Shown one piece after another: positions 21,082-30,857 of a stretch of 64,000 nucleotides of DNA. The stretch spans positions 5,668 to 69,667 of the forward strand of contig JAJXYH010000004.1 in the NCBI GenBank assembly GCA_021780675.1, in the 5' to 3' direction. Every line of letters begins with the position of its first letter. Positions within the stretch are counted from its first letter, which is position 1. A program made the translations under genes and the position numbers. Under the pieces are notes generated by a model. It did no database searches. It was not told where the DNA came from and worked only from the letters and a program-made list of their open reading frames with translations. This DNA comes from a bacterium. Lineage in GTDB: Bacteria; Patescibacteriota; Microgenomatia; Levybacterales; UBA12049.

Positions 21082-23155
21082 TTAAATAATCGCCTGTTCC
21101 CCACAATTTTTTGTAAATTTCTTCTGTAATAAACGGCATAAAGGGGTGAAGTAGTTTTAAAAAAATAAGGTAATTATCAAGTAGATTTGTGTATGTTTTT
21201 GTATTTATTCTTTGTTTGACATCCTCTATGTACTTATCTGCAAATTCATGCCAAATATACTCATATAAATTTTGGGCTGCATGATTAAAATCATATAAAT
21301 TAAGAAGTCTGGTAATATCTTTTGCCAATGCTTTTGTTTTTTCGGAAACTTCCTTATCGCCAGCCGACAAATCACCATCTTTTTTACTTTCTTTCCTTTT
21401 CATTTCAATAAATCTTGCCATATTCCAAAGTTTATTGGTGAATTTTCTGGCTGCATCAAGTTTGGGATAAGAAAGTGATTGATCATTACCAAGTGCGGTT
21501 CCATAAACTAAGGAAAACCTAACAGCATCTGCTCCGTACTGATCTACCAATTCTAATGGATCAACAACGTTTCCCTTTGATTTGCTCATTTTTTTACCAA
21601 GTGGGTCGTTAACCAAACCATGCAAAACCACGTTTTGAAATGGGATTTGCTTACTTTCGTTTTCCACTTCGAGTTTTTTTTGCACATACAACCCTAAAAC
21701 TACCATGCGTGCAACCCACCAACGTAAAATATCATATCCTGTTTCCATTACTGTTGTTGGATAATATTCTTGGTTGTTCGTGGTTTTTAAAGTTGCATAC
21801 GGCCATTGTCCTGATGAAAACCATGTATCAAATGTGTCTTCGTCTTGTATTAAATTTTTGGATGAGCAATTCGTGCATTTTTCAGGTGCATCACCCTCTG
21901 TTACTACCCAACTCTTACAATCTTTACATTGCCATGCAGGAATTCTAATCCCCCAAACAATTTGACGTGAAATATTCCAATCCTTAATATTTTCCAGAAA
22001 CTGAAAATACATTTTTTCCATGTCTTTAGGATATATTTTTATAGCACCTTTCTTTACTGCTTTTATTGCCGGCTCTGCCAGCGGCTTCATCTTTATAAAC
22101 CACTGTTCAAGTGGTAATGGTTCAATCGGATTTTTACATTTATAGCAAAGGCCAATTCTATGTTTGTAATTTTCATCTATGTGGTCTATTAGCCCTTTTT
22201 CCTGCATTTCTTCAACAATAGCTTTTCTTGCTTGCCTTACATACATGCCTGAAAATTTTCCTGCCCTTTCACCCATTGTTCCGTCGTAATTAATTACTTG
22301 AACCATTGGTAGATTATGTCTTAACGAAACTTCATAATCATTAAAGTCATGTGCTGGTGTTATTTTTACAACTCCTGTTCCAAATTCCATATCAACCATT
22401 TCATCGGCCACGACCTTAATTTTTGATTTTCCCAAAACAGTTTCTATTTCCAGTTCTTTGCCGATATATTTTTGGTATCTTTTATCTTTGGGGTTAACCG
22501 CAACTGCCGTATCACCAAATTTAGTCTCAGGCCTTGTGGTAGCTAAAACCAACGGGCCATATTTAATATAATAAAGCGGGTTTTGGCGCTCTTCATAAAT
22601 TACTTCAAGGTCTGAAAAGGAGGTTCCATCAAAAGTACAATAATTTACCAATCTTTTTGCTCTATATAAAAGTCCATCGTCATAGAGATTCTTAAAGGTT
22701 TTATAAACAATTTTTACAATATCATCATCCAAAGTAAATTTTCTATTAGACCAGTCAAGTGAAAAGCCTAATCTTTTTAGTTGTCCTTCCATAACCGGTC
22801 TATTTCCCTGTACAAAATCCCAAATCATTTTATATAAAGTTTCCCTATCGTAATCAAAGCGTGACTTTCCGTCTTGCTGTAACTTTTTTTCAAATACAAA
22901 TTGTGTTTCAAACCCTGCATGATCTGCACCGGGTAACCAAAGCGCCCTCCGGCCCTGCATTCTTTTAAATCTAATTAAAATATCCTCAATCACATACATT
23001 GCATGCCCAAAATGTAAAGGAGCGTTAGCGTTTGGTGGTGGTAAAATTATTGAGTATTCTTTCCCTTTATTAACTTCCGGTGAAAAAAATCCTTTTTCTT
23101 CCCATGTTTTGTAAATTTTCTCTTCAATACCCTGCTGATTATAAACTTTATCCAT
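21044..23155 (-). CDS. valS: Valine--tRNA ligase (short form, no C-terminal coiled coil)
   Basis: PPPN...LHFGHA, DHAG, TTRPET, WNISRQ, KMSKS. Confidence 0.97.
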   Translation of the reverse strand: MDKVYNQQGIEEKIYKTWEEKGFFSPEVNKGKEYSIILPPPNANAPLHFGHAMYVIEDILIRFKRMQGRRALWLPGADHAGFETQFVFEKKLQQDGKSRFDYDRETLYKMIWDFVQGNRPVMEGQLKRLGFSLDWSNRKFTLDDDIVKIVYKTFKNLYDDGLLYRAKRLVNYCTFDGTSFSDLEVIYEERQNPLYYIKYGPLVLATTRPETKFGDTAVAVNPKDKRYQKYIGKELEIETVLGKSKIKVVADEMVDMEFGTGVVKITPAHDFNDYEVSLRHNLPMVQVINYDGTMGERAGKFSGMYVRQARKAIVEEMQEKGLIDHIDENYKHRIGLCYKCKNPIEPLPLEQWFIKMKPLAEPAIKAVKKGAIKIYPKDMEKMYFQFLENIKDWNISRQIVWGIRIPAWQCKDCKSWVVTEGDAPEKCTNCSSKNLIQDEDTFDTWFSSGQWPYATLKTTNNQEYYPTTVMETGYDILRWWVARMVVLGLYVQKKLEVENESKQIPFQNVVLHGLVNDPLGKKMSKSKGNVVDPLELVDQYGADAVRFSLVYGTALGNDQSLSYPKLDAARKFTNKLWNMARFIEMKRKESKKDGDLSAGDKEVSEKTKALAKDITRLLNLYDFNHAAQNLYEYIWHEFADKYIEDVKQRINTKTYTNLLDNYLIFLKLLHPFMPFITEEIYKKLWGTGDYLIVSKWPYEESTK

Positions 23156-23190
23156 TAAGCAATTTTAACACAAGGCTATGTAAGCTTCAA

Positions 23191-24492
23191 TTAAGGTTTA
23201 ATTAATTTGAATCCTCTTGTTTTTACTGTCTGTAGTTCAAAATTACTTTTTTGCAGTTTTAATTTTGTCCTTACTCTTCCCGCCAACTTATCAATTGCCC
23301 AGTCTGAAATTCCAAGCTCTGTTGCCTCCGGCCAAACAGTTTCTACAATTTTGTCCCTTTCACAGATTTGATTTTCATTTTCTTTTAAGTAATCAAAAAA
23401 TAGAAGTTCTTTTTTACTGAACTCTGCTCCGCTGTCTTTTGCCTCTTCCGTTACTCTTTCTTTAACAAAATATGAAAATAATGGGCTAAATATGTTATTT
23501 ATACCTGATCTTTGTATTACCATACCAACGTCCCAAAGATATGAAGCTTTATCTTTTTCCTGTTTTGAAACTCTATTGCCAGAGGAAATTTTAACCAATA
23601 TTTTTTGCTCATTCGTTGTTAAACTTTCCCAAATTTCTTCCGATTGAAGTCTAATTCTTTCATCACCAAGAAGAATTCGCTTTATGTCTTCTTGTTTTGA
23701 TATTTTAATCTCAGGATTGTGAAGTGCAATTAATCCAAGCTGGGCGTACTGAAAGTGACCATCAACAAGTTTTAAAAAGAATTTTTCAAGATCATCTGTT
23801 AATTTAACTTCATATCTTTTTTTATAAAGCCTTAATAAAATTAAACTATCGTCTTCTGCTGAAGGTTTAAAATAAATATTTTTGTAAAGAATTGATAAAG
23901 AAGAATTTTTATTAAGCTCGGGAGACAGATCGTTAAATGGAAGAAAACTGGTAAAAACATAGGTAAGCTGATAATGGGTAAATTCTCTAAGCCCTTCAAG
24001 GTTTGCAAATAATTGTGGTGTTAAAGCATTTTTTAACCTGTCAAACTTAATAAAAAATATTGTAGGAAGAAATCCTTCTTCTATAATTTTTTTAATAGAA
24101 AGCCTTACCGAGTCAATCGTAAAGAATAAATCTTGCAGCTGTATGCTTTCTAAAAAAAGTCCTCTAATTTCATTTTTTACACCCTCGTTAATATTTGAAT
24201 TTTCAATTGAGTCTACAACCCTTTTTAATGTAAGTGTCCAAAAGGGAGCTATGTCGCATTCTATTAAATCGTTTAAATTAACCGGTATAAAAAGGTGTTT
24301 GTCAGAATCTTGGAAATAGTTCTGAACTACATCCTTTCGGTTAATAAAAAAACTTAAAAAATTACCAATCCCAACTCTGGTAATGCCGATTAAAACAATT
24401 GATCTCCTGTTTGAAATATGTCCTGCCAAATCTTTAGCATCTTGGTATCTAAATATTAACGGTTGTTTATAGAGTACAGATGTCTTATCCAT
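23191..24492 (-). CDS. Degenerate P-loop/AAA-like domain plus C-terminal OmpR-type winged-helix regulator
   Basis: C-terminal ERDKIVETVW...AIDKLAGRVRTKL...TVKTRGF; paralog of 40480-41814. Confidence 0.75.
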   Translation of the reverse strand: MDKTSVLYKQPLIFRYQDAKDLAGHISNRRSIVLIGITRVGIGNFLSFFINRKDVVQNYFQDSDKHLFIPVNLNDLIECDIAPFWTLTLKRVVDSIENSNINEGVKNEIRGLFLESIQLQDLFFTIDSVRLSIKKIIEEGFLPTIFFIKFDRLKNALTPQLFANLEGLREFTHYQLTYVFTSFLPFNDLSPELNKNSSLSILYKNIYFKPSAEDDSLILLRLYKKRYEVKLTDDLEKFFLKLVDGHFQYAQLGLIALHNPEIKISKQEDIKRILLGDERIRLQSEEIWESLTTNEQKILVKISSGNRVSKQEKDKASYLWDVGMVIQRSGINNIFSPLFSYFVKERVTEEAKDSGAEFSKKELLFFDYLKENENQICERDKIVETVWPEATELGISDWAIDKLAGRVRTKLKLQKSNFELQTVKTRGFKLIKP

Positions 24493-24608
24493 AATCCGTA
24501 TATTTTAAATGTATCTTCAAATATAATCAACTTTGTCAGGTTTTTGTCAAAAAGGAGTCCCTTAATAGTCAAGCTATAATATCTCTGTGTTTATAAAATA
24601 ACTTAAAC

Positions 24609-24797
24609 ATGAATACTGTAGAAACAAGAAAATATTATCTTCAAATGAACAATCTCATTGCCCGCACAGAGGCAAGAAGAAAGGCTGAAAAGGAAAAGGC
24701 CACCGCAACAGAAGGTCACGTAAAAAGTTCTTTGTCTATCGCCGAGACACCACCCCACATGAATACATCTTTAAACGGGCCTGTATTTGAAGCTTAA
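24609..24797 (+). CDS. Small hypothetical protein
   Basis: 62-aa ORF, TAAAAT element upstream, divergent from the wHTH gene. Confidence 0.45.
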   Translation: MNTVETRKYYLQMNNLIARTEARRKAEKEKATATEGHVKSSLSIAETPPHMNTSLNGPVFEA

Positions 24798-25120
24798 TTT
24801 ATTTAGAATATTTATCCTCCAATACTTAAAAATTATTAGAATGTTTTTCAAATAACTTAATTATTTGTGATTTCTGTTTTAACCCTTAATAAACTATTAA
24901 ATTTATTTTTGTAAATAATCAAATAAAATCCTTGACAAAAGTTTTAAATATTAATCAAGAAACCTGGACAAAGTGTTTTAAATGTTGGACAAATTATTTT
25001 TTAGCTTCGGGGTTTTTATTAAAGTTTTTCGAGCCATCAAGCTTCTAAAATGATTTAAACAAAAAATATTCGAAACGGAAACTTAAAACTTAAGGACATT
25101 TGTTAAACAAGATTTTAAAT

Positions 25121-26833
25121 TTATAATCCAATTAGGTTAAAAATAGCTTGTTCGTTTTTGTTGTTAAAAATAATTATCATGTTTTTTTCTTTTATCTGAT
25201 TAATAACATAATTTACAAGTTCTAAACTTAAATATTTTTTAGGGCTAGCGTTTTGTTTTGTCAAAATTTTATTAAACTGATTTTGGAAATCCTTGTTAAC
25301 AATAATTAAACCTTGAATTTTATCTTGCGGGTTTAAATTTGTTAAAACTGCTGATAGACTTGCTTTGTTTGATAAATTATTGGGGTTAAAATTTTCTATT
25401 TTACCATTTTTCATATCAAACGTTGCATATGATGACAAAATGCTATTTCGAGAAAAAGATTTTGGATTTTCTGTAACAAGCAGTAGGTAGCTACTGCTTG
25501 TGTTATAAGCGATATTGTCTGCCCAAAAATCCGTTGTGGGGGTTAGTGAATATAAATTAGTTAAACTTGTTGTTCTATTTGTATTTCCTAATAAATACAA
25601 ATTGTAGTGTGCATTCTTGTAAAGTAGCATCGAACTCGCCAGATCTCTACCTACGTTTTTAGACTGTCCTGTTAATATATTCGAAAATGTAATTAAGAAA
25701 TTTGAGGTTTGACCGTACACATCTTCCAAAGCGGTATAATTATTAAAATTATTTTCTAGGTTTTTAAAGGTATTACCATTGTTAAAAAAACCAAACTCTG
25801 TTTTTAAAATATTATCGGAAACTATAAAAACAGGTTGTAAAAATTTTGTACTTTGATAAATAATGCTTGTGTATTCTAAATTTCCGTTGTCAAGTTGTGT
25901 TTTTGTATATCCAGTAATTATTTTTTGAGTGAAGCTTAATAAGGCAACAAAAATAAGCGGTAGAATAACCAAACTAAACAAAAATACGGTAGTTAAAAAA
26001 ATTGAGTTTTTATTTTTTATTTTTTTTACTTGTGGTTTTAATTGAATTTGATCCGTGGGGTCAAGATCTATTTTTTTTATCTTGTCTATTAGACTGTAAT
26101 TTTCTCCCAAAATGTACCTGCCGGTTAATTGTGGAAGTCCTTTCTTTTGGCGTTTTGCTTCTTCTACAAAATTTAATCTTATTTCTGGATGAATTTTTTT
26201 AAATGCTGCGGCAAAGGTCAGTAATGTAATCTTGTTTTGAGGATAAATTAGAAACAGTTTCTCTTTATTCTCAGAAAAACTAATTTCCAGGATTGCGTCT
26301 ATTAAATCGTCAATTAAAACAGGGTAAACCTCTCCTGTTCCGTCTCCCGGAATATTAATTTTCCATTCCCTTTTTATTCCCTCCAGTATTGTATTTATGG
26401 TGTTATTAAAACCTATTACGCTTTTCGTGCCAAAAACATCCCCATAAACACCGATTTTGAATTGCTCCTGCTCAAAAGCAGAAGCTAAATACGTTTTACT
26501 ATTTAATTGTTCATAATCAACGATAAAAAGCAAAAGAGAATTATCTTTTTTTGCTCTCTTTATAAAAAAATCTACTGTCTTTTTGTCGTATTCGATTTTT
26601 TCATCTATAACAATTATGTGGGAGAATACATTATCAGGAATCTGATGTAAATTATTTTTATATGGAATATGTATTATTTTATTTAGAGATGGTTTTTTAG
26701 GGCTTACTAAAATAACTTCTATTTCTTGCTGTATTTTAGCTGCCAGGTTTTCACCAATTAATCCTTTTGTGTCAACGATTAATATTGGGTTATTTTTATT
26801 GTCAACTGTAGTAAAAAAGGCGGAGCGGCTCAT
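25121..26833 (-). CDS. Hypothetical membrane protein (degenerate epimerase-like N-terminus, DUF4012-like C-terminus)
   Basis: IPGDG...YPVLIDDLIDAI, central TM, YLLLV..N. Confidence 0.55.
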   Translation of the reverse strand: MSRSAFFTTVDNKNNPILIVDTKGLIGENLAAKIQQEIEVILVSPKKPSLNKIIHIPYKNNLHQIPDNVFSHIIVIDEKIEYDKKTVDFFIKRAKKDNSLLLFIVDYEQLNSKTYLASAFEQEQFKIGVYGDVFGTKSVIGFNNTINTILEGIKREWKINIPGDGTGEVYPVLIDDLIDAILEISFSENKEKLFLIYPQNKITLLTFAAAFKKIHPEIRLNFVEEAKRQKKGLPQLTGRYILGENYSLIDKIKKIDLDPTDQIQLKPQVKKIKNKNSIFLTTVFLFSLVILPLIFVALLSFTQKIITGYTKTQLDNGNLEYTSIIYQSTKFLQPVFIVSDNILKTEFGFFNNGNTFKNLENNFNNYTALEDVYGQTSNFLITFSNILTGQSKNVGRDLASSMLLYKNAHYNLYLLGNTNRTTSLTNLYSLTPTTDFWADNIAYNTSSSYLLLVTENPKSFSRNSILSSYATFDMKNGKIENFNPNNLSNKASLSAVLTNLNPQDKIQGLIIVNKDFQNQFNKILTKQNASPKKYLSLELVNYVINQIKEKNMIIIFNNKNEQAIFNLIGL

Positions 26834-26843
26834 TTACCTTATT

Positions 26844-27272
26844 TTAGGGATTATTTAATTTATTGTCTAGCGCAATATTAACAAGGGCATCTGCTTGTTT
26901 ATTTTTTTCTCTTGGAATGTGGTTATAAAAAATTGGGACGGAAAGTATATTCTCAAGTGTTTTTACTTCAAAAACCAAACTTCTAATTGATTCATTTTTG
27001 ACCTTATAAAGACCTGTAAGCTGAGAGTAGGCGAGTTGGGAATCCATATAAAAAGTAATCTTGTTTATATTTTCTTTTTGTTTATTTTCTACAGCCCAAT
27101 CAAGTCCGCTAATTATCGCCTGATATTCGGCAGTATTATTTGTAGTTTCGCCAATATATTTGGCAATTTTGGCAAGTGGTATACCCTCCGAATTAGTTAT
27201 ATATGCTCCGAGCGCAGCAGGACCCGGGTTTCCTCTTGATCCTCCGTCTGTGTAAATTATAATATCGGCCAT
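26844..27272 (-). CDS. rnhA: Ribonuclease HI
   Basis: YTDGGSRGNPGPA, TNNTAEY, DSQL, REKNKQADAL. Confidence 0.93.
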   Translation of the reverse strand: MADIIIYTDGGSRGNPGPAALGAYITNSEGIPLAKIAKYIGETTNNTAEYQAIISGLDWAVENKQKENINKITFYMDSQLAYSQLTGLYKVKNESIRSLVFEVKTLENILSVPIFYNHIPREKNKQADALVNIALDNKLNNP

Positions 27273-27311
27273 ATTGCAGTTTATTAAATTAAGCTCAAAA
27301 TATAAATGAGG

Positions 27312-27755
27312 CTATTTAGGCTTTACAATTAAAACCCTGTTTTTTCCTTCTCCGCTGGATTCCGTTAAAACTTCATCGTCATTTTGCAAAACCATATGAA
27401 CAACTCTTCTTTCCCAGGCTTTTAAATCTGTTAAGTAAACTTCTTTTTGACCAAATAGGGCTTTTTCTTTTGCATCCAGTGCTAATTTCTCAAGCCACTC
27501 TTCGCGGTTTTTTTTATAATCTCCAACTTCTATTGAAACTCTCTTAAAAACTCCTGTTTCTTTTGCCAAAATTAAAGCTAAAATAATTTGTAAAGCTTCT
27601 AGGGTTTCTCCGTGGTAACCAATTATTATCCCCGAGTCTTCGGTTTCTAAATTTACAAATATTGTTTCATCTTCTTCTTTTACTTCGGTTTTTGCATTCA
27701 GTCCTAAAAGTTCAAGAAATTTCTTTATTGTATTTTCTGGTTTATTTTTTGCCAT
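27312..27755 (-). CDS. jag: Jag/EloR KH-R3H RNA-binding protein
   Basis: IIGYHGETLEALQ, ERRVVH, SSGEG; in the yidC operon. Confidence 0.9.
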   Translation of the reverse strand: MAKNKPENTIKKFLELLGLNAKTEVKEEDETIFVNLETEDSGIIIGYHGETLEALQIILALILAKETGVFKRVSIEVGDYKKNREEWLEKLALDAKEKALFGQKEVYLTDLKAWERRVVHMVLQNDDEVLTESSGEGKNRVLIVKPK

Positions 27756-28572
27756 ATATTTTATCTATCCATTCTTTAAGCCCACCCAGGCCTGAAACTT
27801 TATACTGCTGTATGATACCAAAAATAGTGAAAGTATTCCAGTATAGCGATAGACCAATAGGGAAGTTGTAGGAAAAAAATCCAATCATTACAGGCATAAG
27901 ATAAGTCATTTGCGTTTGCATGGCGGATGTGAAATCCTCACTTCCTTTTTCTCCCTTTTTAGCAAGTTTGTTTTTTTCTTCTGCAGTTTTTGGAGCTGCC
28001 GTAATCATCATTTTTGACTGAATTAACTGAAAAACGCCGGTAAGTATTGGAACCAATAAGACCATCCAACCCATTGTTAAAATAAGGTGTGATGGGTTTT
28101 GACCAAGCGGAAGTCCAAAAAAAGTTAAATCCCAAGCCTTTGTGAGCTTAAGCTGTTCAGAATATAAAACTTTATTTACCGATGCTATATTGTATTTAAC
28201 AACATCTTGTAAAACATTATATAAAGCGTATATGAGCGGAAGCTGTATAAGAAGAGGTAGACACCCTGCCATTGGATTAACACCAAATTCTTTGTAAAGC
28301 TTCATTGTTTCTGCCTGTAGTGTTTTAGCGTCATCTTTATGTTTTTCTTTAAGTTTTGCAAGGTGAGGATTTAATTCCTGCATTTTTTTTGTTGCCTTAA
28401 GCTGAGATGTGGTAAGGGGATACAAAACTAATCTAATTACAATTGTTAACACTATTATGGAAAATCCCAGGGCAAACGGAATGTGTAGAAAATTTAAAGA
28501 TTGATAAATTACTACTATTACGTTTATTAATGGGTGAGACAGATAAAGAAAATTTGAAATATCTCCGTTCAT
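27742..28572 (-). CDS. yidC: Membrane protein insertase YidC
   Basis: IRLVLYPL, NPMAGCLPLLIQLP, GLSLYW. Confidence 0.95.
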   Translation of the reverse strand: MNGDISNFLYLSHPLINVIVVIYQSLNFLHIPFALGFSIIVLTIVIRLVLYPLTTSQLKATKKMQELNPHLAKLKEKHKDDAKTLQAETMKLYKEFGVNPMAGCLPLLIQLPLIYALYNVLQDVVKYNIASVNKVLYSEQLKLTKAWDLTFFGLPLGQNPSHLILTMGWMVLLVPILTGVFQLIQSKMMITAAPKTAEEKNKLAKKGEKGSEDFTSAMQTQMTYLMPVMIGFFSYNFPIGLSLYWNTFTIFGIIQQYKVSGLGGLKEWIDKIYGKK

Positions 28573-28574
28573 AA

Positions 28575-28787
28575 TTAATATCCTTTATAAAATGGTTGGC
28601 ATTTTAAAAGCCTTAAAACCGATAAATAAGATCCTTTAATCGTACCATGCTTGCTAATTGAGGTTTTTGCATATTCGGAGCATGTTACTGAAAACCTACA
28701 GCCACTATTTACCCCAAAAAGCTGCACAAACGCTGGTGAGATAAGTTTTTGATACAAATTTATTGTTTTAATAATTAATGTTTTCAT
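28575..28787 (-). CDS. yidD: Membrane protein insertion efficiency factor
   Basis: YQ..ISP, CRF..TCSEY, RLLKCQPF. Confidence 0.92.
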   Translation of the reverse strand: MKTLIIKTINLYQKLISPAFVQLFGVNSGCRFSVTCSEYAKTSISKHGTIKGSYLSVLRLLKCQPFYKGY

Positions 28788-29112
28788 TCAAAATTCCTGC
28801 TTTTTTAAAAATCTTTCCCATTTGTAAAAGAATATCTTCCTCGTCTTTAAATTCAAGAATTGTTTTTGCAATAACAATTATACTTATTCCCGGTTTAAAG
28901 TTTTTAATAAAGCTTTTAATCGCTTTTTTTAAAACCCTTTTTGTCTTGTTTCTATCAACTGCCCTTTGGGCTGTTTTTTTAGAAATGACAAACATGTGAT
29001 CTTTATTACCTTCTTTATTTAGATAAATTTTTATCCTAAATAGGGAAGTGTCAAAAATTTCCGCTTTTTCTTTATTATTTAAATAAAACGGGCGGTTTGT
29101 TTTTTTAAGCAT
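28768..29112 (-). CDS. rnpA: RNase P protein component
   Basis: VISKK...AVDRNK.KR; synteny with rpmH and yidD. Confidence 0.88.
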   Translation of the reverse strand: MLKKTNRPFYLNNKEKAEIFDTSLFRIKIYLNKEGNKDHMFVISKKTAQRAVDRNKTKRVLKKAIKSFIKNFKPGISIIVIAKTILEFKDEEDILLQMGKIFKKAGILNENINY

Positions 29113-29247
29113 TTAAACTGTTAGTTTTTTTCTGTTTGCCGATTTTCTTCTTTTTAAAAGCTTTTTTCCCGAGTGTGTTTTTGATCTTTGCAAAAACCCG
29201 TGTTTTTTTGCTCTTTTTCCTTTCTTTAAAGTTATAAATTTTTCCAT
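29113..29247 (-). CDS. rpmH: 50S ribosomal protein L34 (not in the ORF track)
   Basis: Manual translation MEKFITLKKGKRAKKHGFLQRSKTHSGKKLLKRRKSANRKKLTV; synteny. Confidence 0.9.
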   Translation of the reverse strand: MEKFITLKKGKRAKKHGFLQRSKTHSGKKLLKRRKSANRKKLTV

Positions 29248-29312
29248 TCTCAAAGTATACCAGAACTTAACATTGTTTTAAAGACGCTGTGTATTTTGAA
29301 AACGATATAGTT

Positions 29313-29350
29313 TTATCCACTTTTGTTATCTTGACAAAAAGTTATCCACA
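29313..29350. promoter_or_regulatory. DnaA boxes in the dnaA promoter
   Basis: TTATCCACT at 29313 and TTATCCACA at 29342, with TTGACA between them. Confidence 0.8.
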
Positions 29351-29370
29351 TTATTAAACTGCATAACACA

Positions 29371-30729
29371 ATGCAAGACTATAAAGATACTTGGAATAAG
29401 ATTCTAGCAGAGGTTGAACTGGAGGTATCCAGAGCTAACTTTCTTACGCTTTTTAAAAGAACGCAAATCCTGTCTATTGAAGACGGGGTAGTGACAATTG
29501 CCGCACCGTCCGCAATGATTGTCGATCTTTTGCAACGAAGGTTTTATGAAGTAATTAAAAAATCAACCGATAAGCATGTTGGGGAAAACTCAAAGCTTGT
29601 TTTTGTTCCAAAAACAATCGCTGAAAATATTGAAAAAGTACATGATGATCCCAATACTCTTTTTGCCAACAGTGGTGTTCAAAAGACAAGTTCTGTGGCA
29701 AGACCCCCAAGAGTAAGAGTAGATTATACTTTTGAAAACATGGCAGTTTCTTCGAGTAATCAACTCGCTTTTGTTAGTGCCTCAACTGTTGCAAAAAAAC
29801 CGGGCGATACCTATAACCCCTTGTTTATTTATGGCCCAACAGGGGTTGGAAAAACCCACCTTATGCAGGCAATTGCAAATGAAGTTTTTAAAAATAAACC
29901 AAATGGTAAGATTTTGTATACGACCAGCGAAGAGTTTACCAACGAAGTTGTTGAGGCCATAAGAACCAACAATACACAAAACATGAAGAAAAAATTTAGA
30001 GATTTGGATTTACTTATTATCGATGACATTCAGTTTGTAGCCGGCAAAGAGAGGGTTCAAGAAGAGCTATTTCACACCTTTAACACGCTCGTTGATAAAA
30101 ATTCACAGATTGTTCTTTCATCCGATAGAAGGCCTGAAGAAATTAAACAGGTTGAAAAAAGGCTTATTTCTCGGTTTTCCGGAGGTTTAACTGTTGACGT
30201 TGATATTCCGGATTTTGAACTTCGAACTGCAATACTTTTAATAAAGGCTAAAAAATATGATTGTGAGTTAAGCATAGATGCTGCAAAACTTATTGCACAA
30301 AAAGCCTCTGATGCAAGGGGATTAGAAGGACTTTTATTAAGAATAATTACCCAGGCACAAGCGCTTAATAAAGATATCGACGAAAGTTTAATCTCTTCTG
30401 TTTTGTCTCTTAGTAGGGACGAAAAAATTAACTCTTTTCATCCCGATGAATTAATTAAAAACATTTGTAATTACTACAATGTTAAACCAACACAGCTTAA
30501 AAGCCCCAAGAGGGATGCTTTTTTGGTTAGACCAAGACAAATTGCAATGTATTTATTAAAAAAAGAGGTTGGCTTAACATTTGTTGAAATTGGTAACCTT
30601 TTGGGGGGGAGAGACCACACAACTGTTATGCACGGAGTTGAAAAGGTGGAAAACCTTTTGGAAAACCCCTTAGTTTCAGAGGATATCATGAGGATAAGTA
30701 AAAATATTGTTGATAAAAATGTGGATTAA
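29371..30729 (+). CDS. dnaA: Chromosomal replication initiator DnaA
   Basis: YNPLFIYGPTGVGKTHL, IDDIQF, QEELFHTFN, GGRDHTTV. Confidence 0.98.
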   Translation: MQDYKDTWNKILAEVELEVSRANFLTLFKRTQILSIEDGVVTIAAPSAMIVDLLQRRFYEVIKKSTDKHVGENSKLVFVPKTIAENIEKVHDDPNTLFANSGVQKTSSVARPPRVRVDYTFENMAVSSSNQLAFVSASTVAKKPGDTYNPLFIYGPTGVGKTHLMQAIANEVFKNKPNGKILYTTSEEFTNEVVEAIRTNNTQNMKKKFRDLDLLIIDDIQFVAGKERVQEELFHTFNTLVDKNSQIVLSSDRRPEEIKQVEKRLISRFSGGLTVDVDIPDFELRTAILLIKAKKYDCELSIDAAKLIAQKASDARGLEGLLLRIITQAQALNKDIDESLISSVLSLSRDEKINSFHPDELIKNICNYYNVKPTQLKSPKRDAFLVRPRQIAMYLLKKEVGLTFVEIGNLLGGRDHTTVMHGVEKVENLLENPLVSEDIMRISKNIVDKNVD

Positions 30730-30857
30730 TAGAATTGTCTTTTAACCCCCTTTTTTTACACATTCTTATCAACTCTTTATCCACATTTTTTTGAGGTTGC
30801 CTTCTTGCTTTTTTCCACTTTTCAATATAAACTACTACAACTACAAATAGTAAATAT
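30720..30857. other. Putative oriC (dnaA-dnaN intergenic region)
   Basis: Perfect TTATCCACA at 30777-30785, degenerate boxes (TGTGGATTA, TTTTACACA, TTTTCCACT) and a CTACTACAACTAC DnaA-trio-like tract at about 30832-30844. Confidence 0.75.

Noticed and set aside
24901-25000. GACAAA repeats as iterons or a second origin
   Set aside because: They overlap TTGACA-like -35 elements with irregular spacing, and the DnaA boxes cluster at dnaA instead.
14688-25081. 22-nt near-repeat CAAAAAATAYWCGAAACGGAAA at 14688 and 25060
   Set aside because: Only two copies, A-rich, 2 mismatches; plausible by chance in AT-rich DNA.
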